Positions 12,892 through 24,805 of a stretch of DNA of 64,000 bases are shown here, one piece after another. The stretch lies in assembly GCF_006345805.1 (NCBI RefSeq), contig NC_043013.1:51894001-51958000 (forward strand). Direction: 5' to 3'. The translations under genes and the position numbers were made by a program. The notes under the pieces are model-generated. The model searched no databases. It worked only from the letters and a program-made list of their open reading frames with translations, and was not told the DNA's origin. Within the stretch, counting starts at the first letter, position 1. Each line of letters starts with the position of its first letter. Origin of the DNA: Octopus sinensis. Its lineage: Eukaryota.

Positions 12892-13020
12892 AGGAATGGA
12901 GCAGATACGATCCGGGTTCCATGTTTTATAGCGTGCGGAACCTCAGAAGTGATTACCACTTACGGGGTTCTGCTATGAAACGTATGTAGCCCGGATCGTA
13001 TCTGCTCCATTCTTTAACAC
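12886..13020. repeat. 135-nt imperfect hairpin (31-bp outer arms with 1 mismatch)
   Basis: GTGTTAAGGAATGGAGCAGATACGATCCGGG ... CCCGGATCGTATCTGCTCCATTCTTTAACAC. Confidence 0.9.
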
Positions 13021-13221
13021 TTGTATTTTTATTTGCATACCCGGCAAGCCTGGTTGGCCATCTTGAAATATAAAATAAACTTTTTTCAATTTTTTTTTGT
13101 ATCTCAGTAAAAGAAAAAATCCACAAGCTTCCGTCACAATAATATTCTCTGTGATTGCATGAATCTAACTTTCCTCCTACACCTCGATGCCTGGTTCTTA
13201 TATGTGTGTGTGTGTGTGTGT

Positions 13222-13395
13222 GTACACGGGTTTTTTTTTTTCCAGATTTCATTTACAAAATCCACTTACAAGGCTTTGTTCGGCCCAGGATAAAGAAGAC
13301 ACCTTTGATTGCTATTTTATATTTATTCAGTGAAACTGAACTCAAGACCACGTAATTGATAAGCAAGCTTCACAACCACATAGCCACCCGTGCCA
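13222..13395 (-). mobile_element. SINE family A, diverged 5' half
   Basis: AAATCCACTTACAAGGCTTTGTTCGGCCC...GCAAGCTTCACAACCACATAGCC. Confidence 0.65.
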
Positions 13396-13944
13396 TCGTG
13401 AATATTATCAACGTATAAGTTTATAACAAATCATAATGTATAATGAATTATAAATTCACATTTGTACCACTAATTATTACAGCTCTTGTCTGTGTTACTA
13501 GATTGTAAATAAAACATTTCCAAAAGCTGGGGCTGTTTTAGAGAAAGACAGAAAACCATCGAAATTATATTACACAAACTGAATCGGTAAGCGGAACAGT
13601 AAAAATATGTAAGACGTTATTTTAATATATTCTTCTTATCATTATTATTATTGAAATTATTATTATTATTATATTATTTGAAATTCAATATGAAATTCGA
13701 CACGTTTGTTGTTATTTAAATTCTACTGATTAATTTTTTTTTTTTTTTTATTAATTAGGAAAAAAAGTTGCTTCTTTATTACAGGAATTCATAGAAATAT
13801 TTAAAAAGAAACAGAAATATTCTTTCATACATTACATTCATACACTCACTACACATTTACATACATACATACATAGACGCAGATATCATATACAAACACA
13901 CATCTTATAGAATTTATAAATTATATATATATATATATTGTTTT

Positions 13945-14116
13945 GTTCTTTTACTTCTTTCAGTCATCTGGTTGCGACCATGCTGGAGCACCGACTTTAG
14001 TCGAGCAAATCGACTCCAGGACTTATTCTTTGCAAGTCTAGTACTAATTGTATCGGTCATTTTTGTCGAACCGCTAAGTTACGAGGACGCAATCACACCA
14101 GCATCGGTTGTCAAGA
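13945..14116 (-). mobile_element. SINE family A, 3' half
   Basis: TTCTTTTACTTCTTTCAGTC...GCTGGAGCACC...CGGTTGTCAAG. Confidence 0.8.
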
Positions 14117-14172
14117 TATAATATATATATATATATATATATATAATTATATATATATATATATAAAACGAC

Positions 14173-14551
14173 GGGGAAATTTCGAACCTGGGTTCTCATT
14201 CCTAAGGTATTTTTCGATGTTATTATTATTATTATTATTATTCAGGTCACTGCCTGGAATCGAACTCGGAATTTTGGGCTTAGTAGCCCGCGCTCTTAAC
14301 CACTACGTCATATGCCGTAGTGGTTAAGAGCGCGGGCTACTAACCCCAAAATTCCGAGTTCGATTCCAGGCAGTGACCTGAATAATAATAATAATAATAA
14401 TATCGAAAAATACCTGAGGAATGAGAACCCAGGTTCGAAATTTCTCCAAGACACCTGATGAAACGTTGTGTTAACAACAAACAAGATGAGGACTAATATC
14501 CGTCAAATGTAAATAATGTACATAATTCCTCATCTCTTAAATATAGAACTG
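14173..14551. mobile_element. Foldback element family H: head-to-head tRNA-like heads, (AAT)n, hammerhead-bearing tail (stem II deleted in this copy)
   Basis: Inverted arms 14173-14307 and 14316-14446; head GTAGTGGTTAAGAGCGC...GAGTTCGATTCC; tail GACAC-CTGATG-AAACGTT-GTGTT. Confidence 0.85.
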
Positions 14552-15151
14552 TCGTTTCATATTTATTCAGTATTCATATCAACATTTTCTTTTCTTTTTG
14601 TTTTCGCTACGGGTATACTTTTGTGTGATTATGAGTCTTAGAAGTGAGTGCAGACTCATAACTTCCAGACCTCTTTGAACCAGCCGTTCTATCAGTCATC
14701 ATGACCGTTGTCATACGAACATTCATTGTTCTGGTGGGGAGGCATTAGATCGCATGCCTCAAATTGCTATCATCTGTTAATCTCTTTTCTTTTGTAAAAG
14801 GAAAGAATCTATTTCCTATCTATTATATCGTACACGTAGCCTCGTTTATCAATGATTCTTTCATCACTGATCCAGAATAATACGGACTGATCTGTGATGG
14901 CACGGGATGGCGATCAGTCAAAGTTTCTGCTCGTATCGCAAAAATGTACCCCCTTCCCACCAGCGGCAACCACAATGTTCAGCTACCCAGAATGCATTGA
15001 CTATCGCTTGTGTTTACATGACTGTGGTGCAATGCTGGGTATTTTTGTACGGATTTACATACGCATATTCATCGACATGAAATCAGTGAATAGAAAAAAT
15101 ACGAAGACCCTTGCTCCTAACGAACGATGCAGACGAGTGCATTTTCTATAG

Positions 15152-15492
15152 CAGAGGTTCTCAACCATTTTGAATCTATAAACACCTTTGATTACTGTTT
15201 TATATTGGGACCCTTCCCGTAGCCATTCTCTATTTACAAACCAATTTTGTTGATACTTCTTTCAAAATTTCTATTTTGTTTTTCACTCATTAACTTCTGT
15301 AGGCTGAACTCTGTAAAACGTTGGAAAAGGAATCCTAGCTGTGTCTTGCAATAAATGCATTTATATCAAATTTTATTCTTGGATCCTTAAAATGCTATTG
15401 TGGACCCCCAATTTATCATTTTGCTTGTGTGTACCTCCAGAAATCTTATATAGACTTCCAGAGATCATATGGACCCCGGTTGAGAAACACTG
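15152..15492 (+). mobile_element. hAT (Charlie-like) MITE
   Basis: TIRs CAGAGGTTCTCAACC / GGTTGAGAAACACTG; 8-bp flanks TTCTATAG / CTCCATAG (6 of 8 match). Confidence 0.7.
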
Positions 15493-16069
15493 CTCCATAG
15501 ATAAAGGTTGAGATGATCACAAAAATATGTGACGTTGGAAGCTTCGCTGCTGTGGGCTGTGAGTTTGGTGTGAATGAATCAACTATTCATTCCATATATA
15601 GGACGCAGGGAGAGGATCCATTTATCGCTGTGCTTTTATGGATCCAAACGCCCGTGATCAATGAGGGTCGATGTATTAACAAGATACAAGACCACAGATT
15701 TGAGGATAGGAGTTATTTCATTAAATCTCACCCAGTATTCCATTGTTGCTTCATTTTATCGATCTCCCAGAAGTATAAAAGCAAAGTTAGCAATGGTTGA
15801 ATTTGGGTTCAGAACATAAATAGCTGGAATAAAAACTGCAAGGTAATTTGTACGACGCAATAACGATTCTATCAACTTACTTTAAGAGTTTCAATCTTAA
15901 TGGATTTCATCAGTGCAGTATTTATGAAATTTTAATTCTATATTAATTTTAAATAAATTTATTTATGGAAACCAAATCAAATTGTTCTTAACATAACTTT
16001 GTTTGTTTTCTCAAATCGTAAAATCTTTTAAATTAGAAAGAGAGCGAAAGAAATATGTACTTACAGTAA

Positions 16070-16297
16070 TATCATTGCCCACAAGGTGGCTAAACATAGA
16101 GGGGTAAAACAAGGACAGTCAAAGGAATTAAGCCGATTACCACGGCTTTAATGCATAACTGGCACATATTTAATCGACCCCGAAAGGATGAAAGGCAAAG
16201 TCGACCACGGCGGAATTTGAACTCAGAACGTAGCGGCAGACGAAATACCGCCATGCGTTTCGCCCGGCATCATAACGATTCTGCCAGTTTGCCGCCT
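16070..16297 (-). mobile_element. SINE family B copy
   Basis: Reverse-complement similarity to the 12191 copy. Confidence 0.85.
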
Positions 16298-16741
16298 CAT
16301 CATTATTACTGCATATTGCCTCTGAATGAATACCAAATATATTAGATGTGATTTTCTCTGTTATAAAACTAAGAGAAATTAATTAATCACAACGATGTTG
16401 CCGAAGACAGTATAGTTTGTCAGTACGATCTCCTGTCTGTCTGTCAACATAGACAGGCAAACATGCTACCTTTCTTTTTTCTCTCTCTCTCCATGCATGC
16501 AATACACACACATACACGCATATATATATGTATATATATTGTATATATATATATATGTATATACATATAGCTGTTTGATTTGTTTATGGGAAACGTTTTG
16601 AATATGCAAATATAGCTCCTATTCTATTATGGCCGGCCACAATCTAATGATGCTGAATGGTGAACCAGTTTCTTGGGGTTGCATCGAGCTGTACAGATAT
16701 AATGTAGGATAATTATATTAATAACAAAAATAATCCTTGTA

Positions 16742-17120
16742 TGGAATTTATCAATATTTAATGCATCGCTACGCGCGTTTCCACAAAGACTATGTCTCTT
16801 AAGATCACAGTCCGTATTTCAGGGATGATTACAGTGTAGTCCTTAGTATCCGTGGGCATAGGGTTGATCATCTTCATGGATTCATTTCTTCATGTGATAT
16901 AACATTAGTGGATGTTTATGCCATTTTGACCATCCCTCTGTTAAACACCCACTAGTTTTATATCACCTGAAAAAAATGAACCCATGAAGATGATCGATCC
17001 AATGTCCACAGATACTACGGACCACAAGGCAATCATCCCAGGAACACGGACTGTGATCTTAAGAGACATAGGACTTGTGGAAACGCGCGTAGCGATGCCT
17101 TAAATGTTTATAAATTCCAT
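16742..17120. repeat. Foldback element: about 170-bp diverged inverted arms with a short spacer
   Basis: GCATCGCTACGCGCGTTTCCAC...TCTCTTAAGATCACAGTCCG mirrored by CGGACTGTGATCTTAAGAGA...GTGGAAACGCGCGTAGCGATGC. Confidence 0.9.
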
Positions 17121-17160
17121 CAAAAGATTATTTTTTTATTATCATATATGTGTGTGCGTT

Positions 17161-17202
<42 letters not shown>

Positions 17203-17413
17203 TATACATATATAGGTACGTATGTATGTATGTATGTATGTACGATGTATGCACGTCTAATATTGTCACCTACAATGTGTATGTGTGTGTGTGTGTGTGT
17301 GTGCTTATACATTAAGACACAACCATTGCAAACAATATATAACATCTCTTGTAAGTAGCTCTGAATGAATCAGAAGTTAACACTCCCACCACCACCACCA
17401 CCACTACCATCGA

Positions 17414-17448
<35 letters not shown>

Positions 17449-17689
17449 GTACCACTACCAGCAGAACCATCGACATTCCCACCACCACCACCGCCGTTCC
17501 CACCAACATCATGGTCATGGAAAAATTTAAGGAATGGTAAAAGTTTATAGTAGTGCTATATTATACCTCTCCACCCCCCGCCCCCACCCCAAACCTCCGA
17601 TCACACTCCTCACATACTTATCTCTGCAGCTACACCCGTAACTAGATTTTTTTCCTATTTAAACATACCCCCCTTTGTCATAATCATAC

Positions 17690-18048
17690 ATATACATATA
17701 TATACATACGTATGTGTATATATATGCATATATAGACAACATATACATGTACATATATACATATTTATATATACTTATATATGCACACATAAATATATAT
17801 GTATATATATAAATATATACATATATATATATGTATATATAAATATATATATATATATATAATATACATGAATATATATATATATAATATATATATATAT
17901 TACATATATACATGAATATATATATATAAATGTATATATACATATATATATATATGTATATATATAAATAAATATATATACATATATATATATATATGTA
18001 TATATATAAATATATATATATGTATATATATAAATATAAAAAGATGTG

Positions 18049-18080
<32 letters not shown>

Positions 18081-18180
18081 TATATATATATATACGCACA
18101 CGCACATACTCGCGCATATGTATAGGTATACATATATGTATATATATATATATAATATATATACTCTTTTTATATATATA

Positions 18181-18222
<42 letters not shown>

Positions 18223-18912
18223 TATCTGCAGTAACCTTTTATTTTTTCATACAACCATTCTTTCTCACTCCTCACAATAAACTACAAAACTGCATTGAAT
18301 CGAAAGGAGAGAAAACACTCTTCTTTACACGTTTCTTATTTTCTTGTTTATTATTTTCTATTATTTTTCTTACTTTCTTTCTCTTTTTTCTTTTCGTTTT
18401 CCGTATTTTGATTTTCGTATTTCGTTTTCCGTTTAACGCTTTTTTTTTTCGTTGTTTTACATTAACCATAGATACACAGATACATATATACATATATATG
18501 TATTTTTTCCATTGTAATTCGCCATTTTCGCGTCGTTTTTATTCCATTAAGCGTTGTATTAACATTGTGTGCCATTAATCTTTCTACAATGACATTAACA
18601 GAGAAAGTATCTATACGGTAAAAAAAAAAACAACAGAAAGAAAAAAAAGAAAAAAATGTAGAAACAACCTAAACAAGAACGAGAGTGAATAAATTGTAAA
18701 TAAAAACAGAAATAAAAAAAATGGTGGGTGGGTGGGTGGGTGGGAACAGGGGTTATAGGAGATAAGATATTTAATTAATGAATTAATTGGATGGAAATTA
18801 TATCGGATTTGAATACGTGTACGATGATATAAGCAGGGATATATATACATATATATACATAGAGATAGGGTATAAGACATACATACATATATACATATAT
18901 ACATACATACAT

Positions 18913-18944
<32 letters not shown>

Positions 18945-19217
18945 TCACAAAAACACGCACGCACACACAAGCACACATATATATATATTTTTACATATGT
19001 ATATAAATATTTATAAAATTTTAACATATGCACACTTGCATGTATGCATATGTATGAGTGTGTGTATATGTGCATATATATATATATTTATATGTATGTA
19101 TGTATATGTGCATAAAGCATTTGTATAGAGATACCACATACATGTGTACTATAATGTATACCCACTACAGATACACGTATATATATATATATATGTATGT
19201 AATATATACATATTATA

Positions 19218-19268
<51 letters not shown>

Positions 19269-19272
19269 TGCC

Positions 19273-19321
<49 letters not shown>

Positions 19322-19459
19322 GCATATATATACATATATATATATCTACATACATACACACACACACATATATATATGTGTGTATATATATATATTAAGA
19401 GAATTAAGGTAATGCTATGCACCTTCGTAATAATCCTTATTATTATTGTTGCTATATAT

Positions 19460-19531
<72 letters not shown>

Positions 19532-19579
19532 CATATATATGCATAGATAATATTTATAGATATGCATTTATACATATGA

Positions 19580-19624
<45 letters not shown>

Positions 19625-19650
19625 GCATATATAAATAACATATATATATA
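17690..19650. repeat. Degenerate (TA)n/(TACA)n-rich low-complexity region
   Basis: Direct inspection; interrupted by T-rich and A-rich segments at 18240-18780. Confidence 0.85.
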
Positions 19651-20154
19651 ACGTGTGTGTGTGTATGTTGTGGTCTATGTATGTGTATGTATGTATGTAT
19701 GTATAAATGTGTATATTAAATCAGACCATTAAAGATTGTTATTTCTGTTTGTTAACGTAAACATTTTTACATTTCCAACTGATTCATTTTATTTTGTTGT
19801 TTTTTACATTTTTTGTCTCTCTTCTTCGCGCCATTTCTCTTCTAAAATATATTTAATTTCATTTATTAATTAACCTCGTTAATTATACAATCACTCATTC
19901 TTTCGTTTGATAATTTCTCTGCTAATTTTTACTTAATTATTTAACTTAGCAACTATTCTAGCTAAGCGCCAGGGAACGGAAGAAAAGTTTCACCTATTTA
20001 TCTCGAGTTCGTAATTTCGATTTTCACCTGTGCCTACTTCACATAACGTCCGGTATAAATGCCGTTTAGAAATACAATCAACACCTCAGAATCATATCCG
20101 AAGTTGTCGGTTTCGATTCAAGCTTACAGCCAGATTATTTCATTTATATTTCTA

Positions 20155-20602
20155 TCTTTGGTGGCAGAATCGTTAGTGCGTCGAACAAAACGCTTGGTGT
20201 CATTTCTGATTCTTTAGGATTTGAGTTCAAATACTCCCAAGTTCAGCTTTACCTTTCATCCATTCGGTTTTGATAAAAAATAAAGTGTCGAGTTTTATGG
20301 GTTGACGTAATCGACCTGACTTACTCCTTCCCTCAAGGATGCTTGCCTTGTGCAAAAATTAAAAGGGATTATTATAATAATTATTATTAACACAGTGAAC
20401 TGGTAGAATCCTTAGCACGCCGGACAAAATTCTCATCGGCGTTTTGTCCGTTTTTATGGTCTGTGTTCAGATTCCGCCGATGTCGACTTTGCCTTTCATC
20501 CTTTCGGGGTCGATAAATTAAGTACCAGTTTCGTACTGGGGTCGATCTAATCGACTGGCTCCCTCCCCAAACATTTCGGGCCTTGTGCCTAGAGCAGAAA
20601 AG

Positions 20603-20649
<47 letters not shown>

Positions 20650-20700
20650 AGCGGCGAGCTGGCAGAATGGTTAGCACACCGGGCGAAATGCTGTAAGATT
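20155..20700 (+). mobile_element. Cluster of SINE family B copies (20155-20365 diverged, 20392-20605, 5' fragment 20650-20700)
   Basis: Repeated GGCAGAATCGTTAG heads and GTCGACTTTGCCTTTCATCCTTTCGGGGTCGATAAA core. Confidence 0.8.
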
Positions 20701-20957
20701 TCGGGAAATGAGAATCTGTGATGTGCATGCCTTTCCGAAAGGTATGAGCGATAAACCGTTTCTAACCAGGAACTTAAATTCTGTCGCTGCAAGTTCTGTA
20801 AAACATATATAGTTTTTTAAAATATCAGCGGATGCGAGATAAATCTCCTCCTGGTAAGCGCTAGCTGCTCCCATAACTTTCCCAGAAGGCTGAGCAGTAA
20901 ACCCTCCCGGGGCTAAACAAATAGACGAAGTTTAATGGTTATTGTTTAAATTTACAT

Positions 20958-21425
20958 TCCTGCTGTTGAGATCCTGCGCTGTGCTGGACCAGTTAGTGTG
21001 GAGGCCCGATGGGCAGAACTTGTTTGCAGGATAGAGAGAGGCAGGCTCCAAGAGCTAGTCTTTAACGCTGAACTTCGTCGAAGCAGCAGGAGCCGTAGTG
21101 GTCAGAGGTTGCGATTCAATGATGTGATGAAGAGACATATAAAGTAGTGCGGAACTTCCCCCAGACACGCATGAGGAGAGGGCCCTGCGATAAGATGAAT
21201 GGCACCGATCGCTAAAGCTCGTAATCCCAGCCTTTGAGGAGAAACAACAGTGAAAATACGAAGGAGCATATGAGAGGCGCCGCCTCTTCATTGAGTCAAG
21301 TAACTTCACTTGCCATCGCTGCTGCAGATCCGGGGCAGGCCTTGTAGCCCATATGTGAGCCTAGTAGAGACGATTGCTGAACAGGAGCAGTCAATGTCGA
21401 TCTACGACGGACAACCAACGACCGC
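20958..21425 (+). mobile_element. RTE-clade LINE 3' end, decayed
   Basis: EILRCAGPVSVEA.RWAELVCRIERGRLQELVFNAELRRSSRSRSGQRLRFNDVMKRHIK...TCHRC...AGLVAH resembles the RTE ORF C-terminus with CCHH remnant; tail ACGACGGACAACC. Confidence 0.8.
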
Positions 21426-21739
21426 GACGATTTTTTTTATCAAAAGTTAAAAAAAAAAAAAGAATTACTTGCAGCAAATTTGAATTCTTCCTCCATTTAT
21501 GTCAGCACAACATTTTTGTTACCTTTGGAGCAGTTTGAAGCAAGATTGACATCAACGGTGTTTGAAATCGCCACCGAAAGAAACTAAACTAAACATACAC
21601 AGTACGTAATTTAACGCCTCTAATTGTACAGGTAGAATAATTATTAATTATTTAACAAGGCCAAGGAAGTGTTTGGTAGAGGTATAAGCGATTAAAATGA
21701 TCCTTTATATGACTGGTAAATCTTTTTATCGTCATTGAA

Positions 21740-21950
21740 ACCGATAATCCTTTCTACTATAGGCACAAGGCCTAAAATTTCGGTGGGCGGGGTCAAGTGG
21801 ATTACATCGACTCCAGTACTCCACTGGAACTTATATTTTCGACTCCGAAAAGATGAAAGGCAAAGTCGACCACGGAAGAATTTGAACTCTGGACGCCAAG
21901 GCGGACTTAACGCCGTTAAGCATTTCGCCCGGCGTGCTAACGATTCTGTC
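21740..21950 (-). mobile_element. SINE family B copy, diverged
   Basis: Family B core on the minus strand. Confidence 0.75.
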
Positions 21951-22105
21951 AATGGAAAAATGGGCGCCAATGAGATCTGAAGTAGCAGCCGCATGGGACT
22001 AAATTATCAGGTTTTGTCTTTTAACCGCTTTCTGCCATAACACTATTTTCAGGTAGAAACTAGGACTAATGTTTTACGGAAAATAGTCTGAGAAATAAAT
22101 ATAAT

Positions 22106-22225
22106 AACAAGAGCATTCAGAGAGCGCAAACCTCCGCCAACACCAACATCCTATCAAAGATTAGCCGGAAAACAAACAAACACAACTGAAAACAATATCT
22201 CCACCTTCGCTAACGCGAAGGTAAT
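22106..22225 (+). mobile_element. Short Helentron-associated (HINE-like) non-autonomous element
   Basis: 5' AACAAGAGC...ACCTCCGCC subterminal motif and 3' degenerate stem-loop ATCTCCACCTTCGCTAACGCGAAGGT in AAT context. Confidence 0.55.
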
Positions 22226-22474
22226 AATAATAGGTTCAACTCAGGGATTTTAAAATGAAAATAGCATGAGACCTTTTGGTTTTCTCCTCTCTTAAATTCC
22301 GGTCTTCCTTTAGTAATCCCATTGTTTTAAATCGATGTATAGAACTATGTATATATGTAAGTATACTGTAAAGTGTTAATATGTATGCATAATGTATAAG
22401 GGAGATAATCAGAGAAAGACTTAGAAATTAACGTAAGATCGTAATACTTCATGTAAAGTAAAGTAAATATAACA

Positions 22475-22662
22475 AATAATCCAGAATCCTTGTCCGGTAC
22501 CGGACTGATCCCAAAATCTAATCAGTTCGTGCCAGTCACGAGGCCAAACATCCCTCAAAGTTTCATCCGAATCCATCCAGTGCTTCTTGAGATATCTTGT
22601 CCACGAACAAACAAACTGACACGACTGAAAACAATACCTCTACCTTCGGTAAGGCGGAGATA
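22475..22662 (+). mobile_element. HINE-like element, 3' portion
   Basis: Shared body AATAATCCAGAATCC...GCCAGTCACGAGGCCAAACATCCC and 3' hairpin ACCTCTACCTTCGGTAAGGCGGAG. Confidence 0.6.
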
Positions 22663-22763
22663 ATTATAACATTAATAGTAGTAAAACTGACAATTATAGT
22701 CATTCTAATAGCAATAATTTCAGTAATAGCTTTAGAGATAATAATTGTCACAGTAATGATTAC

Positions 22764-22816
<53 letters not shown>

Positions 22817-22907
22817 TGATGATGATAAAAGGCTGAAAGAGAGGCTGATAAGCATTTCTTACGACTTGCGAGCGATTTTGTCAACTCGGTGCCATGATTG
22901 CTATTGT

Positions 22908-22940
<33 letters not shown>

Positions 22941-23087
22941 TCTTTCAGATTTTGACAGCAATTTTTAGAGGAGAGGGTGATGTCGATAATATTGAGATCA
23001 GAACATAAAGGGCCGGAAGTGAGGCTGATAAGCATTTGGTCTGACATGCTAGTGATTTTCTCAACTCGGTGACTTAGAAATAGTTAT

Positions 23088-23328
23088 AACAAGAGCACTC
23101 AGAGAACGCAAACCCCCGCCAAGGCAACACCAACGTCCTCTCAACGATTAGCCAGAGATGATTTTTATAATGAAATAAACTAGACTGCTCTCACAAATGA
23201 GAAACTGGGAAATAATCCAGAATCCTCGTCCGGTACCGGATTGATCCCCAAATCTAATCGGTCCGTGCCAGTCACGAGGCCAAACATCCCTGAAAGTTTC
23301 ATCTGAATCCATCCGGCGGTTCTTGAGA
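23088..23328 (+). mobile_element. HINE-like element, 5' portion, joined to a SINE A tail (23328-23445)
   Basis: Overlaps both neighbouring HINE-like pieces in sequence; switches to SINE A at TTCTTGAGA-CCGATAGAG. Confidence 0.65.
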
Positions 23329-23460
23329 CCGATAGAGTAAGAACTAGGCTTACAAAGAATAAGTTCTGGGGTTGATTTGTTTGACTAAAACTCTTTAAGG
23401 CGATACTCTAACATGGCCGCTGTCGAATGAATCAAGTAAAAGAATATATATATATATATA

Positions 23461-24087
23461 TTTAAATCGTCAATTCCACATATTATTTACTCGCTACAGA
23501 AAACACTTAGACTGAAAACGAGGAAAGCCAGCCGATAGAATTTTTTTTTAAAGTTTGTTATTTCTATATTGAATCAATTTCGGAATTAATCACATAATAG
23601 ATTTTTTCCTCTTCAGTAGAAAATACGAAAAGACATAAATGAAATACTTACAAGCGCCCATGGAAAAAAGCCGAAGCAAAAATCATGAGTAAATATAAGT
23701 ACCCTAGATATATCTAAAAATAAAATCCTTTGTTCAGCCTCAGCACACGTGTGAACTGTTCTCCACTATAAGCTGTAGTGGAGAACAGTTCACACGTGTG
23801 CTGAGGCTGACCAAAGGATTTTATTTTTAGATATATCTGGGGTACTTATATGTACTCATGATTTTTGCTTCGGCTTTTTTCCATGGGCGCATGTAAGTAT
23901 CTTATTTATTTCTTTTCGTATTTTCTACTGAAGAGGAAAAAATCTATTAAGAGATTAATTCCGAAATTGATTCAATATAGAAATAACGAACTTTTTTTAA
24001 AAATTCTATATTGGCTGGCTTTCCTCGTTTTCAGCTCTATGTGTTTTCTGTAGCGAGTAAATAATATGTGGAAATTGACGATTTAAA
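23461..24087. repeat. 627-bp foldback element (about 310-bp arms, about 7-nt loop at 23772)
   Basis: ...GTGAACTGTTCTCCACTA taagctg TAGTGGAGAACAGTTCAC...; arms pair to the ends at high identity. Confidence 0.97.
23922..23983 (+). ncRNA. Minimal type I hammerhead ribozyme motif, core intact (mirror copy on minus strand at 23561-23622)
   Basis: TTTCTA-CTGAAGA-GGAAAAAATCT attaag AGATTAATTCC-GAA-ATTGATTCAAT-A/TAGAAA: 6-bp stem I, 11-bp stem II with 2 mismatches, near-palindromic stem III, AUA triplet. Confidence 0.7.
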
Positions 24088-24320
24088 AGTCTGTTATCAT
24101 CATATTGGCATAGAAATAATTTTCTTTAGCCCTTATTTATAAGTTGTTTATAATTTTAACCTTAAAGGTATTTTAATATGCTGCCACATTTTTTTATGGA
24201 ATTTTTTTCTGTAAAAAAACTTCATCCTATATATGTAGTATATATTATATAATATATATATATTATTATATATATATATATATATATATACATATGTGTG
24301 TATATATATATATACATATG

Positions 24321-24353
<33 letters not shown>

Positions 24354-24771
24354 CATATGTGTGTATATATATATATACATATGTATATTATATATATATA
24401 TTATATATAAAACTATGTATAAGTATAGATACATATATATCCTGTAAATATATATATATATATATATATGTATATATCTGTATGTGTACATATACACGCA
24501 CAAATGTTTTATCATACTCACAAATATGTGTATATGTGTATGCATGTGTAAAATATGCGTGTGTAATATATACAAATATATAATATAAAACCATATGTAT
24601 ACATACACACATCACACACACACATACACATACACAAACACACACAACACACATATATATATATATATATTTACATACAGAGATAGATTGAGGGAGAGAG
24701 AGAGATAAACTGAAAGACAGACAAGGAGAGAGAAAAAGAGATAGAAACGTATGAACATATATGAAAGAAAA

Positions 24772-24805
<34 letters not shown>

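Noticed and set aside
14316-14372. Possible tRNA genes (also the SINE heads at 32181, 12191 and 62501)
   Set aside because: They lack a complete acceptor stem and cloverleaf and are attached to repeat bodies, so they are tRNA-derived heads, not tRNA genes.
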